A stretch of 64,000 bases of DNA from Podarcis vaucheri (taxonomy: Eukaryota), in NCBI GenBank assembly GCA_965113315.1, contig OZ220369.1; one strand, 5' to 3'. The notes under the pieces are model-generated. The model searched no databases. It was not told where the DNA came from and was given only the letters and a program-made list of their open reading frames with translations. This document shows, in pieces, positions 61,229-64,000 of the stretch (positions within the stretch are counted from its first letter, which is position 1; each line of letters starts with the position of its first letter). Position numbers and translations under genes: made by a program.

Positions 61229-63130
61229 ATACCCTCCAACATTTCTGTGATGAAAATGGGGACGTCCTATTCCATAATTATAATTTTACTATTTATACCC
61301 CACACATCTTACTGGGTTACTGCCACTCTGGGCAGCTTCCAACATATACACAGTTTTGTATGTGTATTTTTTGTCTAATGTACAATTTTTTGTAAGCACT
61401 TCTCCCTTTTATAAGGCATTTTTGTATGTTATTTTCTCTAATATATGCATTTTTATGTACACTTTACCTAGTGTATGCATTTTTGGGCAGATTATCTGGT
61501 TTGGAGAACTGCACTGCAGAACTCAGAGAAGTATGAATTTGAAGGATAACAAAAAGTAATTTGTACAATTTTACTAGGAAAAAATGTTCATATAAATGTT
61601 AAATAAACACACAAATGTACATTAGAGAAAACTGATTTGCAAAAATGAGGCAGTTAGGCAAAATTTCATATGGAAATGTGTACATTCGGAGAAATTTGCC
61701 CTGAAATGCTGAGGAATTTTCATGGGCTCTCTCATGATGAAGCAACTTAGGTTTGGAAATTTGAGAAACTGAAATTGGCAAGTTCACCCAGCTTTAGTTA
61801 CGGAACATGTTTGTAAACTGCACTGTGTCCCCTAAGCTAGCCTTCTGCCCTCCTATATAGTGGAGGATGCGGCCGCATTGCCAGTCTTAGAGTACACTGA
61901 GACTTTTGTCATGTGGAATTGGGGGAAGAATCTAGTCAACAACATTTTTTGGGCTCACCCTGCTTCCTGACTGCTAAGGTTGGGGAGCTTCCATGACTTG
62001 TGCCCATATATCAACAGCACTGTTCCACCAGACTTTTCTTTTAAGTGGGCCTTAGTGGCCTTTTTTGCAAAACTCACTCTGAAGTGTGATTAATATCCAG
62101 GACTTAGACCAATCAGAGAAAAACTTTCAGATTTCATGCTATTTGTTTAGCTGTTCAAGAAAAGGTTCTCTCTCTCATCAAACATGCAAATTTTGACACT
62201 TCTGCTCAACTCTGTGATTCAGCAGGGACAACGAACTGTTAACAGAAGACGCAAAGGAAAGCAGAGTCCTTCCATCTTCACAGTAAGTTGAAATGTGGTC
62301 AGACGAGATAGAGGAAAATAAACTTAAGGATGGAGGACAAAGGAATTCAGGTCAAGATAATAAAAGAACATGTCAGAGGATATCTGGTATACTTCAGTGA
62401 ACTCAAGTCATCAGAGGCTGATGCAGTGAACCCAAAGATTCTGAAGAACATGGCTGAATAAGGTCAGGTCACTGGGTATTTTTTTTTCCCTGGTGGGTGA
62501 CATATGAGAGACAGGAAGAGCTCAATTTTATTTTATAAAAATCCCATTGTTACTTCCGAGCAGAAAAAATGTCCTTCTAGTGGTCTGGGATGGTCCTCTA
62601 CATTGGATGCCCAGCTGTTGGGAAGCAAAGCATCTTCAAAATCCTCAAGCAGCTCCTTCTTCTTGAAGTTCAGTTAACATTCTGCCTTCAGCAGAGAATG
62701 CCAACTTTGTGCTGCAGGTTGAGCAGAGTTTTTTGTTGTTGTTTTTTGTCTTCCCTTAGCACCAGTTCTTTGATCAGTATCTCAGGGCTGAGCACTGTCA
62801 ACCCAAGAACCAGTACGGAACAGATTTGATCATTCTGACTTGATTGCTTCAAGCTAGGAATGAAATATTTCCCACAATGTGTAACTTGATTCCTCGTGGA
62901 TGCAGCATGCAGCCCCCTAGGCAACCTTCCCAACCTCATGCCTTCCAGATTAAAAAATCTTATGACTCTCATCAGCCCCAGGCCCCCAGCATGGCCAGTT
63001 GTCAGGGAGAATGGAAGTGGTGGTCTAAAACATCTAGAGGACACCAAGCTGGGGAAAACAACAAGGTGCTGTATTTGATCACATGCCTTATGCAGTGGAG
63101 AGTCATGGTTCAGTTCCTAGAATCTACCAG

Positions 63131-63804
63131 TTTGTTGTTGTTGTTTAGTCGTGTCTGACTCTTTGTGACCCCATGGACCAGAGCATGCCAGGCACTATTG
63201 TCTTCCACTGCCTCCCACAGTTTGGTCATGCTGGTAGCTTCAAGCACACTATCCAACCATCTCGTCCTCTGTCATCCCCTTCTCCTTGTGCCCTCAGTCT
63301 TTCCCAACATCAGTGTCTTTTCCAGGGAGTCTTCTCTTCTCATGAGGTGGCCAAAGTATTGGAGCCTCAGCTTCATGATCTGTCCTTCCAGTGAGCACTC
63401 AGGGCTGATTTCCTCAAGAATGGATAGGTTTGATCTTCTTGCAGTCCATGGGACTCTCAAGAGTCTCTTCCAGCACCATAATTCAAAAGCATCAATTCTT
63501 TGGCGATCAGCCTTCTTTATGGTCCAGCTCTCACTTCCATACCTCACTATTGGGAAAACCATAGCTTTAACTACACGGGCCTTTGTTGGCAAGGTGATGT
63601 CTCTGCTTTTTAAGATGCTGTCTAGGTTTGTCATTGCTTTTCTCCCAAAAAGCAGGCGTCTTTTAATTTCGTGACTGCTGTCACCATCTGCAGTGATCAT
63701 GGAGCCCAAGAAAGTAAAATCTCTCACTGCCTCCATTTCTTCCCCTTCTATTTGCCAGGAGGTGATGGGACCAGTCGCCATAATCTTCGGTTTTTTGATG
63801 TTGA
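63131..63804 (-). mobile_element. RTE-BovB LINE 3' fragment
   Basis: ORF 63272-63781: FTFLGSMITADGDSSHEIKRRLLFGRKAMTNLDSILKSRDITLPTK...; (CAA)n tail. Confidence 0.95.
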
Positions 63805-64000
63805 TCTACAGGTTAGGCTTTCTCAAAATTCAGATGAGAAGAATGGGCATGGACACAACCTCAGAGGCAATTTAGCCAAAAAGCTCTTTTATATTATCTA
63901 TTAATATATCATTTTTTTCAGTGGGCCTACTATTATAGCACACACTGGGAGTACAATAAGGACCACAAAAGATCACAATATTTAAAATAAATTCCTAGAA

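Overview
Vertebrate, repeat-rich, apparently intergenic or deep-intronic DNA. The SINE/LINE complement (Sauria SINE, Squam3-type SINE with (CTT)n tail, tRNA-Lys/CR1-tail SINE, BovB, CR1, L2) points to a squamate, most likely a lacertid lizard. I recognise no host protein-coding exon. The only long real ORF is a 5'-truncated but uninterrupted Penelope-like retroelement (RT + GIY-YIG endonuclease, ~16.1-18.2 kb) with a minimal hammerhead ribozyme in its 3' repeat. The rest is LINE fragments, SINEs, hAT and TA-target MITEs (several nested), microsatellites, and repeat-free stretches that look like conserved non-coding elements. Most unusual: (1) two diverged ~0.7-0.8 kb TSD-less elements (34.2-35.0 kb, 37.3-38.1 kb) that conserve a base-paired architecture although the primary sequence differs: a covarying terminal panhandle with G.U pairs and a positionally conserved bulged A, plus internal stems; (2) a young 923-bp hAT element carrying CpG-island/first-exon-like cargo, a CRE and an exact telomeric 22-mer; (3) several junction signatures of template switching. 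Family names come from recalled consensus features, not database searches.
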